NCBI GenBank assembly: GCA_963701075.1
Contig: OY969559.1
Location: 1,504,001-1,568,000, forward strand
DNA length: 64,000 bases
Source: an uncultured Nitrososphaerota archaeon
Lineage (GTDB): Archaea > Thermoproteota > Nitrososphaeria > Nitrososphaerales > Nitrosopumilaceae
Reading direction: 5' to 3'
Positions 49,075-59,723 of this stretch are shown piece by piece. Position 1 is the stretch's first letter. Every line of letters starts with the position of its first letter. The position numbers were made by a program, and so were the translations under genes. The notes beneath the pieces are model-generated. The model was not told the origin of the DNA, ran no database searches, and saw only the letters and a list, made by a program, of their open reading frames with translations.

Positions 49075-49968
49075 TTATTTTCTTGGAATCACTCTAGACA
49101 TAACTATTATACCAACAAATGATATCATCACAAGTAGTATTGGCATAGGAAACTCCGGTACGGCAGTTATATTGAATGCAGATATCAGGTTAGGATGAAT
49201 TTGCATGTGCACCACCATCATGACATCATTACCAGATCCCTGGGCATCTATTTTTTGTTTGAGTTCAGGGAGCGCAGTTCCAACTTTGTCAAGGTATACG
49301 GATGTACTTGACGGTGCAATTGATTGCAAATTATTAAACATGGTTTGAGCCGCATCAGTCATAGCCTGTGCACTTTGATATGCCGCCATATTGACAATTG
49401 GCGTGCTAGATGCAGTACTAGATGATGACATTCCGGACATGCTGCCCATGTTCATATTATTCATGTTGGTAAGATCTACCTTGGACCCTATAGCATTACC
49501 ATAGTCCTTCAACACTTCATTTAAGACATAAACCGTTGCAAGTGCCTGTACCGTAGCGTTATTTTGTGAAGCGCTGCTGACTTCTTCTGATTCTGCTTGG
49601 TCCAAGAGTTGGCCTATCTCATCTGCAGTTTGGTTTGCTGCGGCAGGATTTGCGTTTGGTTGTCCTGCCATAGAATACAAGTCATCTATAGATGTAGATA
49701 ACTGAGTAGCAAGACTCGAGTTTGTTTGAGAAAGAATGCCCATCTCGTTGCTTCCCCAATATTCCTGACTTTGCGATATGTGCCACTGGGCCAAGGTACT
49801 ATTAGAAATATTATTTGCTATCAATTTTGATTCTACCTTGAACTCTTGAACTTTTGCTATCAAACTTGCATCTGAATTTTGAACAAAGTTATGGGCAAAC
49901 GCTGGATGAGCAACCAACATGCCACTGAACACAATAACCATTATTGATACCGCCAGCGCCCTTTTCAT
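49075..49968 (-). CDS. helical Met-rich surface protein with PEF-CTERM anchor
   Basis: AFA|HNF predicted cleavage, MNNMNMGSMSGM, VMMVVHMQIHP, VPEFP. Confidence 0.88.
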   Translation of the reverse strand: MKRALAVSIMVIVFSGMLVAHPAFAHNFVQNSDASLIAKVQEFKVESKLIANNISNSTLAQWHISQSQEYWGSNEMGILSQTNSSLATQLSTSIDDLYSMAGQPNANPAAANQTADEIGQLLDQAESEEVSSASQNNATVQALATVYVLNEVLKDYGNAIGSKVDLTNMNNMNMGSMSGMSSSSTASSTPIVNMAAYQSAQAMTDAAQTMFNNLQSIAPSSTSVYLDKVGTALPELKQKIDAQGSGNDVMMVVHMQIHPNLISAFNITAVPEFPMPILLVMISFVGIIVMSRVIPRK

Positions 49969-50024
49969 ACCAGTGGGTGCGCTGGCAACATTTTAAAATA
50001 TTTTGGTACACACATCAAGTAAAA

Positions 50025-50333
50025 TTAATCTGGGTTTTTTCGCGTTATGGCTACAACTGCTATCACTACACCGGCTGCACCAATTCCTATACCAGCCATG
50101 CTTATGACGTATAATGTATCAGTTGTGTCCTTTACTTCTTGAAAAGACTGGGCAACTTTTGCATAACTTTGAGCTGCATTATCTGCAGTATTCTTTGCGT
50201 CGGTGATATCATTGGTTAGCTGATTGATGACATTTTGAGACACTTGTGCTGATACAGGATGTATAACATGTGGCGACATTGCAATAACCGTCACAGCAAG
50301 AATCGCCGCAAGTATCAATTGTCTGGATTTCAT
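50025..50333 (-). CDS. secreted coiled-coil protein with C-terminal TM
   Basis: ORF track; signal peptide and TM. Confidence 0.8.
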   Translation of the reverse strand: MKSRQLILAAILAVTVIAMSPHVIHPVSAQVSQNVINQLTNDITDAKNTADNAAQSYAKVAQSFQEVKDTTDTLYVISMAGIGIGAAGVVIAVVAITRKNPD

Positions 50334-50403
50334 TTCGTTATATCAACAAGTGTCGAATTTTCATAAATATGTTATGGTACAAATTCAAAGATTGTGAAAT
50401 GGT

Positions 50404-51018
50404 TTAGAATTTAAGAAATCCTCTTGTTCTTCCAGTGACTACAACAACACTGATTATTGCAATCACAAGAACCAGAGAAGCTACAGGACCAAATTCTGGC
50501 ACAGTTTGATTGCCTGACATGGTGCTGTTCCCAGTCATGTTCATGCCTGACATACTAGTCATGGCTGGAAAGTAATACGCGTCCTTGGCTTCAACATCTT
50601 GCAGAGGATATGTGGTAGAAGGTATTGTTGTTCCGCCTATTGTACCCTGGATTATCATGTTATAGGTTCCAATCTGAGTTGGATTCACAGCGGCATCATA
50701 CTCTCCAGGCGTATCATCGCTTGGGTCAAAGCTTACTACCTTTGTCTGTCCACCATACTGGATGGTTGTGGTCATGTTGTCAAGACCAGTATCTGCGATA
50801 GGCGGTGCGTTGTCACTTGTTCCGTTGTATATGAATATCTGGACTGCATTTGCGTCACCTACAAGCGGTGGCTCATTTACCCAGCCGATCTTTATCGTGA
50901 CGTTGTTAAATGTTTTTGTGATGTGTGCTTCAGCTGGATGAAGTGCAAATGGTGTAACCAAAATAGCAACTAGAGCAAAAACTACGGGAACTAAAAATTT
51001 TCTAAGATTCACCCACAT
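50404..51018 (-). CDS. surface protein with predicted N-terminal His, Met-rich linker and PEFG-CTERM
   Basis: AEA|HITK; IGWVNEPPLVG; MTSMSGMNM; VPEFG. Confidence 0.88.
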   Translation of the reverse strand: MWVNLRKFLVPVVFALVAILVTPFALHPAEAHITKTFNNVTIKIGWVNEPPLVGDANAVQIFIYNGTSDNAPPIADTGLDNMTTTIQYGGQTKVVSFDPSDDTPGEYDAAVNPTQIGTYNMIIQGTIGGTTIPSTTYPLQDVEAKDAYYFPAMTSMSGMNMTGNSTMSGNQTVPEFGPVASLVLVIAIISVVVVTGRTRGFLKF

Positions 51019-51029
51019 TCACTCCACTA

Positions 51030-51479
51030 TCAAGGAAAGTTATACTTGTCCTTGGCTTCAACATCTTGCAGAGGATATGTGGTAGAAGGTATTGTTGTTC
51101 CGTCTATTGTACCCTGGATTATCATGTTATAGGTTCCAATCTGAGTCGGAATCACAGCAGCATCATATTCTCCAGGCGTATCATCGCTTGGGTCAAAGCT
51201 TACTACCTTTGTCTGTCCACCATACTGGATGGTTGTGGTCATGTTGTCAAGACCAGTATCTGCGATAGGCGGTGCGTTGTCACTTGTTCCGTTGTATATG
51301 AATATCTGGACTGCATTTGCGTCACCTACAAGCGGTGGCTCATTTACCCAGCCGATCTTTATCGTGACGTTGTTAAATGTTTTTGTGATGTGTGCTTCAG
51401 CTGGATGAAGTGCAAGTGGAACCATAATAACTGCTGCCAAAGCTAGAATTACTGTGACTACAAATTTTCTAGATTTCAT
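51030..51479 (-). CDS. secreted unanchored duplicate of 50404..51018
   Basis: Mature domain nearly identical to the neighbouring gene; stops before linker and anchor. Confidence 0.88.
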   Translation of the reverse strand: MKSRKFVVTVILALAAVIMVPLALHPAEAHITKTFNNVTIKIGWVNEPPLVGDANAVQIFIYNGTSDNAPPIADTGLDNMTTTIQYGGQTKVVSFDPSDDTPGEYDAAVIPTQIGTYNMIIQGTIDGTTIPSTTYPLQDVEAKDKYNFP

Positions 51480-51619
51480 GTCTCTCCTGTGATTATCATC
51501 AAATTATTTTCTTATATACGTTATGGTACAAAATCAAAACAAGAATTGTTGTTCTATTTTACAACTGTACCACTATTGTATTAAATTATAAGTGTTCATG
51601 AAACGTATAGATTGTATTT

Positions 51620-54600
51620 ATGACAGAAAGAACGAGAGGGCCAAAATCAACAATCAAAATAATTTTGCTAGTCGTTGTAGCTGTATCGGTCTTGGTCGTG
51701 GTGCCAAACATACCCAAGTCTTATGCGCATGCATTTGTTATTGGTAGTGATCCTGCACCATTTGCGTCATTGAATACTCCACCAACACAAGTTGAAGTAG
51801 ATTTTGTTGATCCCATAGACATGCGATATAGTCAGATAAAGGTCTTGGATTCTAACGGTAAAGAAGTCAATAACAACGACTGGCATTTCATCACTGCTGA
51901 TCATGAAAAATCAGTTGTTACTTTACCTTCCATTCCGAATGGAATTTACACTGTGTATACCAAAGTTCTTGATGCCACTGATGGCCATACCACTACAAAC
52001 GCATTTGTTTTTGCCGTTGGCCAACCTATACCACAGAATCTCTTAAACCAAAAAGAGAGTGTTTCCTTTACAGATATCGTATCCATTCAAGATACAATAG
52101 CAAGGTATCCATCACTTGTTGGACAAATCATTGTAGTTGGTGCTATCTTCTCAACTTTCTGGTTATGGAAACCACTATCTAGAATCTCTGCATTAAAAGA
52201 CGTCTTTGGACAGACTCGCGTCATGATAGACAAGAGTATGACCAAGTTGGTGCTAATTGGCTCAATAATTATTCTGGGTGGAGATGCGGCAATGATTTCA
52301 TCTGAGATGTATTCAATAAATTCAGGACTCCTAGATGCAATTAGCACGAATTTTGGACAAATGTGGATTGTACGTATGTCACTTTCTGCAGCCCTATTTG
52401 GAGTGGCATTTGTTGCATACCGTAAACAAAAGCAGTCAAATGGGGTCTTGCCCAAAGGCCTAGTCGCAACTCTGTTTGGACTGGGGATAGCGGTACTTAC
52501 GACAACTACACTGATAAGCCATGGTGCAGCAAGCGGAAAATTTTTGGCACTAGTTTTTGATTTCGTACACAACGTTGTTGCTTCACTCTGGATTGGAGGT
52601 GTGATATATCTGGCGTTTGTTGTGGCACCGCTATTGAAACGTATGCCTGATGATCGTGCCAGCGTTGCCATCATGTCTGTGATAATACCAAGATTCTCCA
52701 CGGTAGTTGTTGCACTACTTGGCATAGTTGCAATGACAGGTCCCTCTCTTCTTTACGAACTTGAAAACAACCTCTCCCTCACTCTAGCATCCATATACGG
52801 AGATATACTTATCATAAAACTCTCATTGGCCGGTGCCATGATTGGAGTTGGCGCTTTCCATCAGTTCATAATTTTTCGACAAGCGCGAAGCGCCATTGCT
52901 GTCTCGCCTCAGCAAGAGCATCATGTTGCCATGCCAATCGATCTAAAAATTCCTATCAAGAGGGGAAGCGAGGGCAAATCAGTCATCTCACATTTTGGCC
53001 GATTCATAAAAATTGAGGCAATAATAGGATTTTTGCTGATTGCTTCAATAGCAGTTCTTGTCGATTCCGGTCTGCCCGCAATTCAATATCAAAATGAATT
53101 GTCGCAACAGAAAAACCAGATTCCGCCTGTCTACGCCTTTGCAACGCCACTTGTAACGCAGAACCAATTTACAGAAACGCGATTTACAGACACGGGGGAC
53201 AAAATTGTCTTATCCATCAGTCCGTTCTATTCCGGAAAGAATAATGTAACGCTCTCGTTTTTTGATTCAAATGGTAACCCACTGAACAGCATAAACTCCA
53301 CAACGATAACGCTTAACCAAGTAGACAAGGGCATAGGTCCGTTAGTGGTAGGGTACAACCCACTCGAACCACAGTTCAATAGCAGCAACTCTAAAGAGAT
53401 ATCACCGGGGGTATTTTCCATTAGCACAAGTGCCTTTGCAATACCGGGTCACTGGGAAGCACAGATAGAGGGAACAACCACACAGGCTGGTGCACTTAAC
53501 GAGGTTACAACTTTTGATGATCTATATGTCAAGCCTAACTTGGCCCAGCTGCAGGCAAACATAACAGAATACAAAATGCCAGATAACGCCCAGCCGTTGT
53601 ATCCTCTTTATGATCCCATCAGAAATATAGTCTGGGTTGGAGACTCGGCCATTGGGAGTGGGAGGTTATGGGAGTTTGATCTAGACTCCAAACAGTTTAC
53701 AGAACATAAGATCAATGGAACCAACATCATCATGTATACAATAATGGACTTTCAAAACAACATTTGGTATTCTGACCCCCTAACAAAGATCTTGGGTAAT
53801 TACGAACCAGACACGGGCAAAGAGCAGAATTACAATCTTCCTGCCAATGAGACCATTTCAGGTCTTGCCATAGACAACACAGGCAATCTTTGGATGACCT
53901 CTGCGTCAAGTAACCAACTGCTAGAATTTGACATGCAGAAAAAAACATTCCATTCATTGGACCTGCCAGCAAACTCTTCACCACTTGGAATTTCCATAGA
54001 TCAATCAACCAACCAGATATGGGTAGCAGAAAGTAGTTCTGGAAAGATAGCAGAGGTAGATCCTTCCCAAAACTACAAAGTGACAGAATATGGTCCATCC
54101 AATGGCACCCTTGCAAGTCCCACGACGATTCTATTTGACCCTGTAACTGGCAAAGTTTTTGTCTCAGAGCATGATGGCAAGGCAGTATCAGTTTTTGATC
54201 CCCTGACCAAGTCATTCGAAAGATATCAGACAGATCCTGATCCTCAGGATCTGCCCTTTGGAATGGCATTTGATGCAAACCATGATCTATGGCTTGCTCA
54301 ACACACCTTTGATAAGATTGCAGTTATAGATCCTAGAACTGGCAAAACAAACGAATTTCCCATCCCTACGAAATCATCTTTTACCCAATGGGTCACAGCG
54401 GATTCAAAGGGAGATATAATACTGGCAGAACAACGCGCAAATGCACTTGGTCTTCTTACTACTAGCACAACTCCAGGATTTATCGAAAACGCCGAACAAA
54501 CAGGTTCAGTCTTGGGCATACCACTGCCATTTAGTTATGCAGATGTGGTAGGACCCTCGATTGCAGGTTGCCTCGTAGCAGTGGCATTTCTCTACTCTAA

Positions 54601-54658
54601 AACCGTAATAGAGTTAAGTGACAGTTTGAGACATATAAAGAAAAACTACGGCCAGTGA
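51620..54658 (+). CDS. CopC-CopD-Ig-like-Vgb propeller fusion (putative copper acquisition protein)
   Basis: SYA|HAFVIGSDP...DGHTT (CopC); SHGAA...HNVVASLWIGG...RFS (CopD); C-terminal Vgb-like blades. Confidence 0.92.
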   Translation: MTERTRGPKSTIKIILLVVVAVSVLVVVPNIPKSYAHAFVIGSDPAPFASLNTPPTQVEVDFVDPIDMRYSQIKVLDSNGKEVNNNDWHFITADHEKSVVTLPSIPNGIYTVYTKVLDATDGHTTTNAFVFAVGQPIPQNLLNQKESVSFTDIVSIQDTIARYPSLVGQIIVVGAIFSTFWLWKPLSRISALKDVFGQTRVMIDKSMTKLVLIGSIIILGGDAAMISSEMYSINSGLLDAISTNFGQMWIVRMSLSAALFGVAFVAYRKQKQSNGVLPKGLVATLFGLGIAVLTTTTLISHGAASGKFLALVFDFVHNVVASLWIGGVIYLAFVVAPLLKRMPDDRASVAIMSVIIPRFSTVVVALLGIVAMTGPSLLYELENNLSLTLASIYGDILIIKLSLAGAMIGVGAFHQFIIFRQARSAIAVSPQQEHHVAMPIDLKIPIKRGSEGKSVISHFGRFIKIEAIIGFLLIASIAVLVDSGLPAIQYQNELSQQKNQIPPVYAFATPLVTQNQFTETRFTDTGDKIVLSISPFYSGKNNVTLSFFDSNGNPLNSINSTTITLNQVDKGIGPLVVGYNPLEPQFNSSNSKEISPGVFSISTSAFAIPGHWEAQIEGTTTQAGALNEVTTFDDLYVKPNLAQLQANITEYKMPDNAQPLYPLYDPIRNIVWVGDSAIGSGRLWEFDLDSKQFTEHKINGTNIIMYTIMDFQNNIWYSDPLTKILGNYEPDTGKEQNYNLPANETISGLAIDNTGNLWMTSASSNQLLEFDMQKKTFHSLDLPANSSPLGISIDQSTNQIWVAESSSGKIAEVDPSQNYKVTEYGPSNGTLASPTTILFDPVTGKVFVSEHDGKAVSVFDPLTKSFERYQTDPDPQDLPFGMAFDANHDLWLAQHTFDKIAVIDPRTGKTNEFPIPTKSSFTQWVTADSKGDIILAEQRANALGLLTTSTTPGFIENAEQTGSVLGIPLPFSYADVVGPSIAGCLVAVAFLYSKTVIELSDSLRHIKKNYGQ

Positions 54659-54761
54659 TGCCACACCGCATAGGCAGTCACAGATAGCATCATCAGACTA
54701 TATCAGGCACGTTCGTTCGTTGTACCACTTGGTTTAAATTTCATTTTGACCAATTTCCATT

Positions 54762-55154
54762 GTGTTCAGGCCCCAAACTCTGATTGAGACTAAGTCTACA
54801 CTGTTAAGTGTAATAATATTTGCACTTGTTGCAGCGTTATCAATTCCTGTCATCCTACCCCACATATTTCAACAATACGAGCTTTTCCACATACTTTTAC
54901 ACATTAGCGGAATAGGTTTTGCGTCTTTTCTTACAATAGTAGCTGCAATGGCATATCACAAGGTCAAGACCCGCAGACTTCTTTTCACTACCATTGCGTT
55001 TGGCACTTTTATTTTGTCTGAAGTATTTGATCTAATTGATGCAGCATGGCAGTCAAAATATTATTTTTGGAGTTTTTCATCATCTGAGATAGCTCATCTT
55101 ATCATGTTCTTCACATTACTGATGTTTGCACTAAGTGTGTTTAGGAGAGATTGA
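54762..55154 (+). CDS. His-containing four-TM membrane protein
   Basis: PHIF...FHILLH...IAHL; overlaps the start of the downstream regulator gene. Confidence 0.85.
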   Translation: MFRPQTLIETKSTLLSVIIFALVAALSIPVILPHIFQQYELFHILLHISGIGFASFLTIVAAMAYHKVKTRRLLFTTIAFGTFILSEVFDLIDAAWQSKYYFWSFSSSEIAHLIMFFTLLMFALSVFRRD

Positions 55155-55654
55155 AAATGGATAGAGTTACACAGTTAATTGAGGTTATTGAAAAAAACCC
55201 TGGAATAAAATTTCGCGAGATAATGCGAGAGACTGGAATGAAAAACGGCGTTCTAGGATATTATGCAGGCAAGCTAGAAAGAGAGGGATCTGTAAAGGTT
55301 GATAGAAGTCCTGGGCAGACTAGATTTTATCCTCCAGGAATATCAGATGATGACACATTACTGATAAAGAATCTAAGACAGGAGACACCAAGGCAGATTC
55401 TTGCATCTTTATTGCAATATGGAATGCTATCATTCAATGAGCTAGTTGAGAAGACACGAAAATCTCCGGCTACAGTTTCCCTCTATCTCTCACAAGTAAC
55501 AAGAGACAATATCATTGAAAGTAAACTAGTCGATTTCAAAAAGAGATACCATGTTAAAGACATAGAAAAATTACAAAAAATTATTGATAAATATCATCCA
55601 AGCTTGATTGAAAGTTCAGCGGATCATCTTGCCGATACTTTCTCATCACTTTAA
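55151..55654 (+). CDS. double winged-helix (ArsR-like) transcription regulator
   Basis: NPGIKFREIMRETGMKNGVL...LSFNELVEKTRKSPATVSLYL. Confidence 0.9.
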   Translation: MKMDRVTQLIEVIEKNPGIKFREIMRETGMKNGVLGYYAGKLEREGSVKVDRSPGQTRFYPPGISDDDTLLIKNLRQETPRQILASLLQYGMLSFNELVEKTRKSPATVSLYLSQVTRDNIIESKLVDFKKRYHVKDIEKLQKIIDKYHPSLIESSADHLADTFSSL

Positions 55655-55768
55655 AAACATCACAGATATTATTTTCACAATATTTGAGTTAAAAAGCAGA
55701 CAGCCGAGAACGAAGATCAGCGTTTATTTAGAGTTCAGATAAATGCATACGATAAGATGGCACATGTC

Positions 55769-57206
55769 ATGAGATCTGCATATTTTTTCAGCTATTTTCA
55801 TCATTGTTGTTTCCCTTTTCCTTGTTTCAAAAGCACACGGTGACGGTTTAGTTAGTGAGATTCTTCCACCGTCTCTGATAGGAAACACTAATGTTACTTT
55901 GTCTATTGGTTCTGTCCCATTTTTAATTAACGATACTCACGTAGGGACACAGTTGAATCTCGTACTGATGGATGCCGACACCCAGCAGCCAATTCAGGAT
56001 GCAACACTTGCAATTTCAGCATTCAAGGGTCAGAATGCAGTTTTTGGCCACATATTCAAGAGTGATAGCGGAAATTTTATTTTGAGTTTTTATCCACAAC
56101 AATCTGGCAACACGACATTTGACGAACAGGGCGGGCTTCTTTCAGACTTGTTCGGTCAAGATAGTGGAAATTACGACGTAAAAGGCCCAATCTTTAACAC
56201 AGCAGGATTGTATAGATTCAAAATCGAGGTTATTACGATGGGTGCATATGATAATCAAGTAAGCAGGTCGTATACTGCCGGTATATCAATACCAGAATAT
56301 GACAACCTTACAATTAACGATCCAGGTTACGGAACTCAACAGATGCAGATCATAGCATATTATGATAGGTTGCAGAACATCACATATGATCCAGTCAAAA
56401 AATTTGTTAATTTCACCATGCCATTTGACTGGTCAAATCAGACCATAAGCCAACTGAGTGTAGTACATCAAGAGATCAGAATTCCAAGAACTCTGGGAGA
56501 TCTGGTGGTAACAAAATATGATGCCTATGTGAACAACATCAAGATACCTGACAAGCTGATATCAATAGATGATTACTCCATGGATGCATATAGAATAGTG
56601 CATCTCATTTTATACAAGCCCGATGTACAAAATCTTTTTTCAGAACAAAAAGATCCGGGTCAAGTGATGAATTTTGCAATGAGGCCAAGCAATGATAACG
56701 CTTTCCCAATTGTACAGTTTACTAGAAATGCACAGTATAAAATAGCACTAAGTTGGAATCCACCAAAGATCCTAACTGGTTCCACTGTACAGTTTAACTT
56801 TAAGGTTCTAGATCCATTTGCCATGAATACAACAGTGAGTCCAATTTCTTATGATTTTTCTGTACTTGAAGGAGAAAATGGAGTGATATACCACCAGATA
56901 GGAAAAACAACTGATACAAGCTACGGAGACAACATCAATGTCGCATTTCCATCTAATTACACAGGATCAATCACAATAGCATTTGAGAACCTAAATGGAA
57001 GTAGTTTTTCTGCTACAGAATTTCCAGCTACAGTTAGCAACCCAGCAATGACAACCAATCAATCAGCAGTCAACAGCCAAGCTATTGCAGCTAATCAATC
57101 TACAGTGCCAGAGTTTCCGTTAACTACATTTGTAGTACTTGCAACCGTATTTGGATTAGTTGTGTCATTTTCAAAGATGAGTTTGCTCAAATCAATGCGG
57201 ATTTGA
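55769..57206 (+). pseudogene. PEF-CTERM surface protein with a frameshift in the signal-peptide region
   Basis: Main frame is open from about 55773 (SAIFIIVVSLFLVSKAHGDGLVSE) but lacks a start; ATG 55769 is one base out of frame across T6 at 55783-55788; VPEFP anchor. Confidence 0.7.
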
Positions 57207-57207
57207 T

Positions 57208-58156
57208 TTATCCTTTCATACCATATCCGACTAGTACTGAATAACACCCAAGACCACAATCTTCACAAATAGGTTTCATGGATTTGTCCTCAGCACTGCC
57301 AATACAGCAAGGCCTTTTTTCCCTTCCAAGATGATCTACAGAGAGTATAGCCCATGTAGGACAATCTACGGGCGTTGTGCCCTTGCCACCCCAATTCTTT
57401 TTCATTCAGCTCAAGTTGACTATCAGGATTTATGATATAATCAGGATATTTTTCTCTCATTGCCATTATTTCATCAACAACCCGTGTTCTTTCTTCTCCA
57501 AACGGAAGCCACAAAGGATCATTTTTCATAAATGGAGTATGGAATTGAAATCCAATTTTATTTGAATAATTGCGCCATTCTTCTATGACATTTTTTATAG
57601 TTTTATAGTTGAGTGAGTTTATAGTCATTGTAATCCACATGTCCTTGTAAGCCAATTTGCCATTTTTTTCTACATAATCAATAACGTTGTTTCTTGTTTT
57701 ATCCCATGCACCATTACCACGAATCTTGTCATGAATGTCTTTTGTTCCATCTATTGATATCCAATAGAAATACAGATTATCGTATTTCTTCAGCGGGAGT
57801 GTCCCATTGGACACTATACAAATTCTTTTTGGAAATTCTTTTATGAATAATTCAATCACATCTGGCCTCATAGTAGGCTCACCCCCAACAAGTGTGATTA
57901 TGAAAACATGGTTTTTCTTAAATTTCTCATCTATTACATTTTTCCATTGCTCTACAGTTAGCTCTTCATTTTCTTTTCTATTGAGCCACCAGTAACAATG
58001 CGTACAGTGAAGATTGCACACATTGATTATATCTGCCGAGCCATATACCGGACTGCGTTTGTTAAATAACTTGTATCCGGCAAATTTGGTAAATATGTGC
58101 ACATAACTTGGAGCCTCTTGAATTATTTGCCTTACTCCTCTTCCCATTATTTCCAT
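57208..58156 (-). pseudogene. radical SAM protein with a frameshift near 57406
   Basis: CNLHCTHC, GGEP, SIDG; the Cys-rich C-terminus (DCPTW...PCCIG...CEDCGLGC) is in a different frame; removing one A at CTG-A-ATG joins them. Confidence 0.8.
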
Positions 58157-58262
58157 TATGTTCTAGATATGCCATAGCGCCTTATAAGATCTTTTTATTT
58201 TTTTCAATTACGATGTTTTAGAAATCTTGCGATGACTGTCTTTGTAAGATCTGTGCACGCAT

Positions 58263-58493
58263 TCAGTTAGCACATATCAATGTAGTAGTGCATCGGATTT
58301 TATCAAGACTACGAATTCTTGTGGTTATGGTTTGCTTAATCTCGTCAACTTTTGCAGATTCAATCTTGACAAGCACGTCATAGTTACCAAATACTCCTGT
58401 TACCTCCTTGACACATTCTATTGGTTTTAATTTGTCTATGACAGAACTTTCTGACCCCATCTCACAGTTAATCATCACATAGGCAGTTTCCAA
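58263..58493 (-). CDS. stand-alone Lrp/AsnC RAM-domain protein
   Basis: TAYVMINCEMG...GVFGNYDVLVKIE...CTTTLI. Confidence 0.92.
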   Translation of the reverse strand: METAYVMINCEMGSESSVIDKLKPIECVKEVTGVFGNYDVLVKIESAKVDEIKQTITTRIRSLDKIRCTTTLICAN

Positions 58494-58568
58494 CCCATGA
58501 ATATTACGTAGTTATAGTATATGAGATTTACACATCGTCAAAATATCATGAAAATAAAAAAGTAGGAG

Positions 58569-59366
58569 TTACTGTGCCCCAATTAAGAAAATGACGTTGA
58601 CCGTTGCTGTGATGTCTTGATTTGATGCAAGTATTGGCGTTTGTGCCATCTGAGGTGCAGGAGCACTCATCGCTGTCATACCATAGGTTTGAACTGGCGA
58701 AGGCATGTTGAACTCAGATAGGTTTACCGTTTTTACACCTATGATTTTCTGGCCAAGTGGAGCTAATGCCTTTTCAGCTTTTGATTGTGCATCCAAGACT
58801 GCCAAACTAATTAGATCGTTTTGAACACTCTGTTGTTTTGCCGGTGAAAGTAAGAACGATACACTATCCACCCTATTTGCTCCTGCGCCAACTGCTGCAT
58901 CAAGTATTCTACCTGTTAGGTGTAGTTGAGTTGTTTTGATGAGTAATGTATTGGAAACTTGGTATCCGACAAGATCATTTTTGTATTCGTTATATGGAGG
59001 ATACGGACCCGTCTGATTATAGACTGGATCTATTGTAAAGCTGTTAGTGCCGGTTTCATTGTTGGCAATGCCAAGATTTTGTATCGCAGTAATTGTGGCA
59101 TTTGTCGCTTGAGCGTTTTCACTCATTGCATCTTGCGCTGTTTTTGCTTGTGTGTCAACACCTAACTGTATGGCTACAAGATCTGGAGAGACTGACAAGG
59201 TTGCAGTTCCAGTCACAGAGGTGGTGTTCTGCTGCGGTAGGAAATAATATGATGCTTGTTGTGCATATGCTTTATTGCCATAGGTTTGCATATCAGCAGA
59301 GATCGTTGTCGACACAATTGCAATTGCTGCAAGTGCGGCCAGAATTATTGTGGTTTTATTTGTCAT
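58569..59366 (-). CDS. SIMPL (DUF541) domain protein
   Basis: SVTGTATLSVSPD, GYQVSN, AGANRVDSVSF, ITATVNVIF. Confidence 0.92.
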   Translation of the reverse strand: MTNKTTIILAALAAIAIVSTTISADMQTYGNKAYAQQASYYFLPQQNTTSVTGTATLSVSPDLVAIQLGVDTQAKTAQDAMSENAQATNATITAIQNLGIANNETGTNSFTIDPVYNQTGPYPPYNEYKNDLVGYQVSNTLLIKTTQLHLTGRILDAAVGAGANRVDSVSFLLSPAKQQSVQNDLISLAVLDAQSKAEKALAPLGQKIIGVKTVNLSEFNMPSPVQTYGMTAMSAPAPQMAQTPILASNQDITATVNVIFLIGAQ

Positions 59367-59723
59367 TAATACGTATTAAATGTAATCTCATATAGGCTTT
59401 GATTAAAATTTGTTTTAACTTAATTGTATACGAGAAAGTTATGTTAAACGATCATATACTTGAAATTTTTTATTTTTAACCTTATATCGAAGAATGAGTT
59501 GTTTTGACTTTTATAATTTTCAATGATTTTGTCAATTTGCCCAATTCATAGAGAGAGTCGATCTTGCAATTATCTCGTGAAATTACTTCACATTTAGATG
59601 TTCGAGCTAGTAATTATATGATATAAGTAAAATGATCATTGATTTAAGACAACATTCCAATTTGGAATCAGAAAATACGATATTCTTCCACATCTTTTTA
59701 GTATTTTATTAATAAGCACAAGT

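Noticed and set aside
52087-54519. Long antisense ORFs inside the CopC-CopD fusion gene
   Set aside because: Fully nested opposite a well-supported gene and lacking recognisable motifs.
59422-59449. dif-like site containing TTATGTTAAA
   Set aside because: Only one arm resembles a Xer site; the other arm is poor and the region is very AT-rich.
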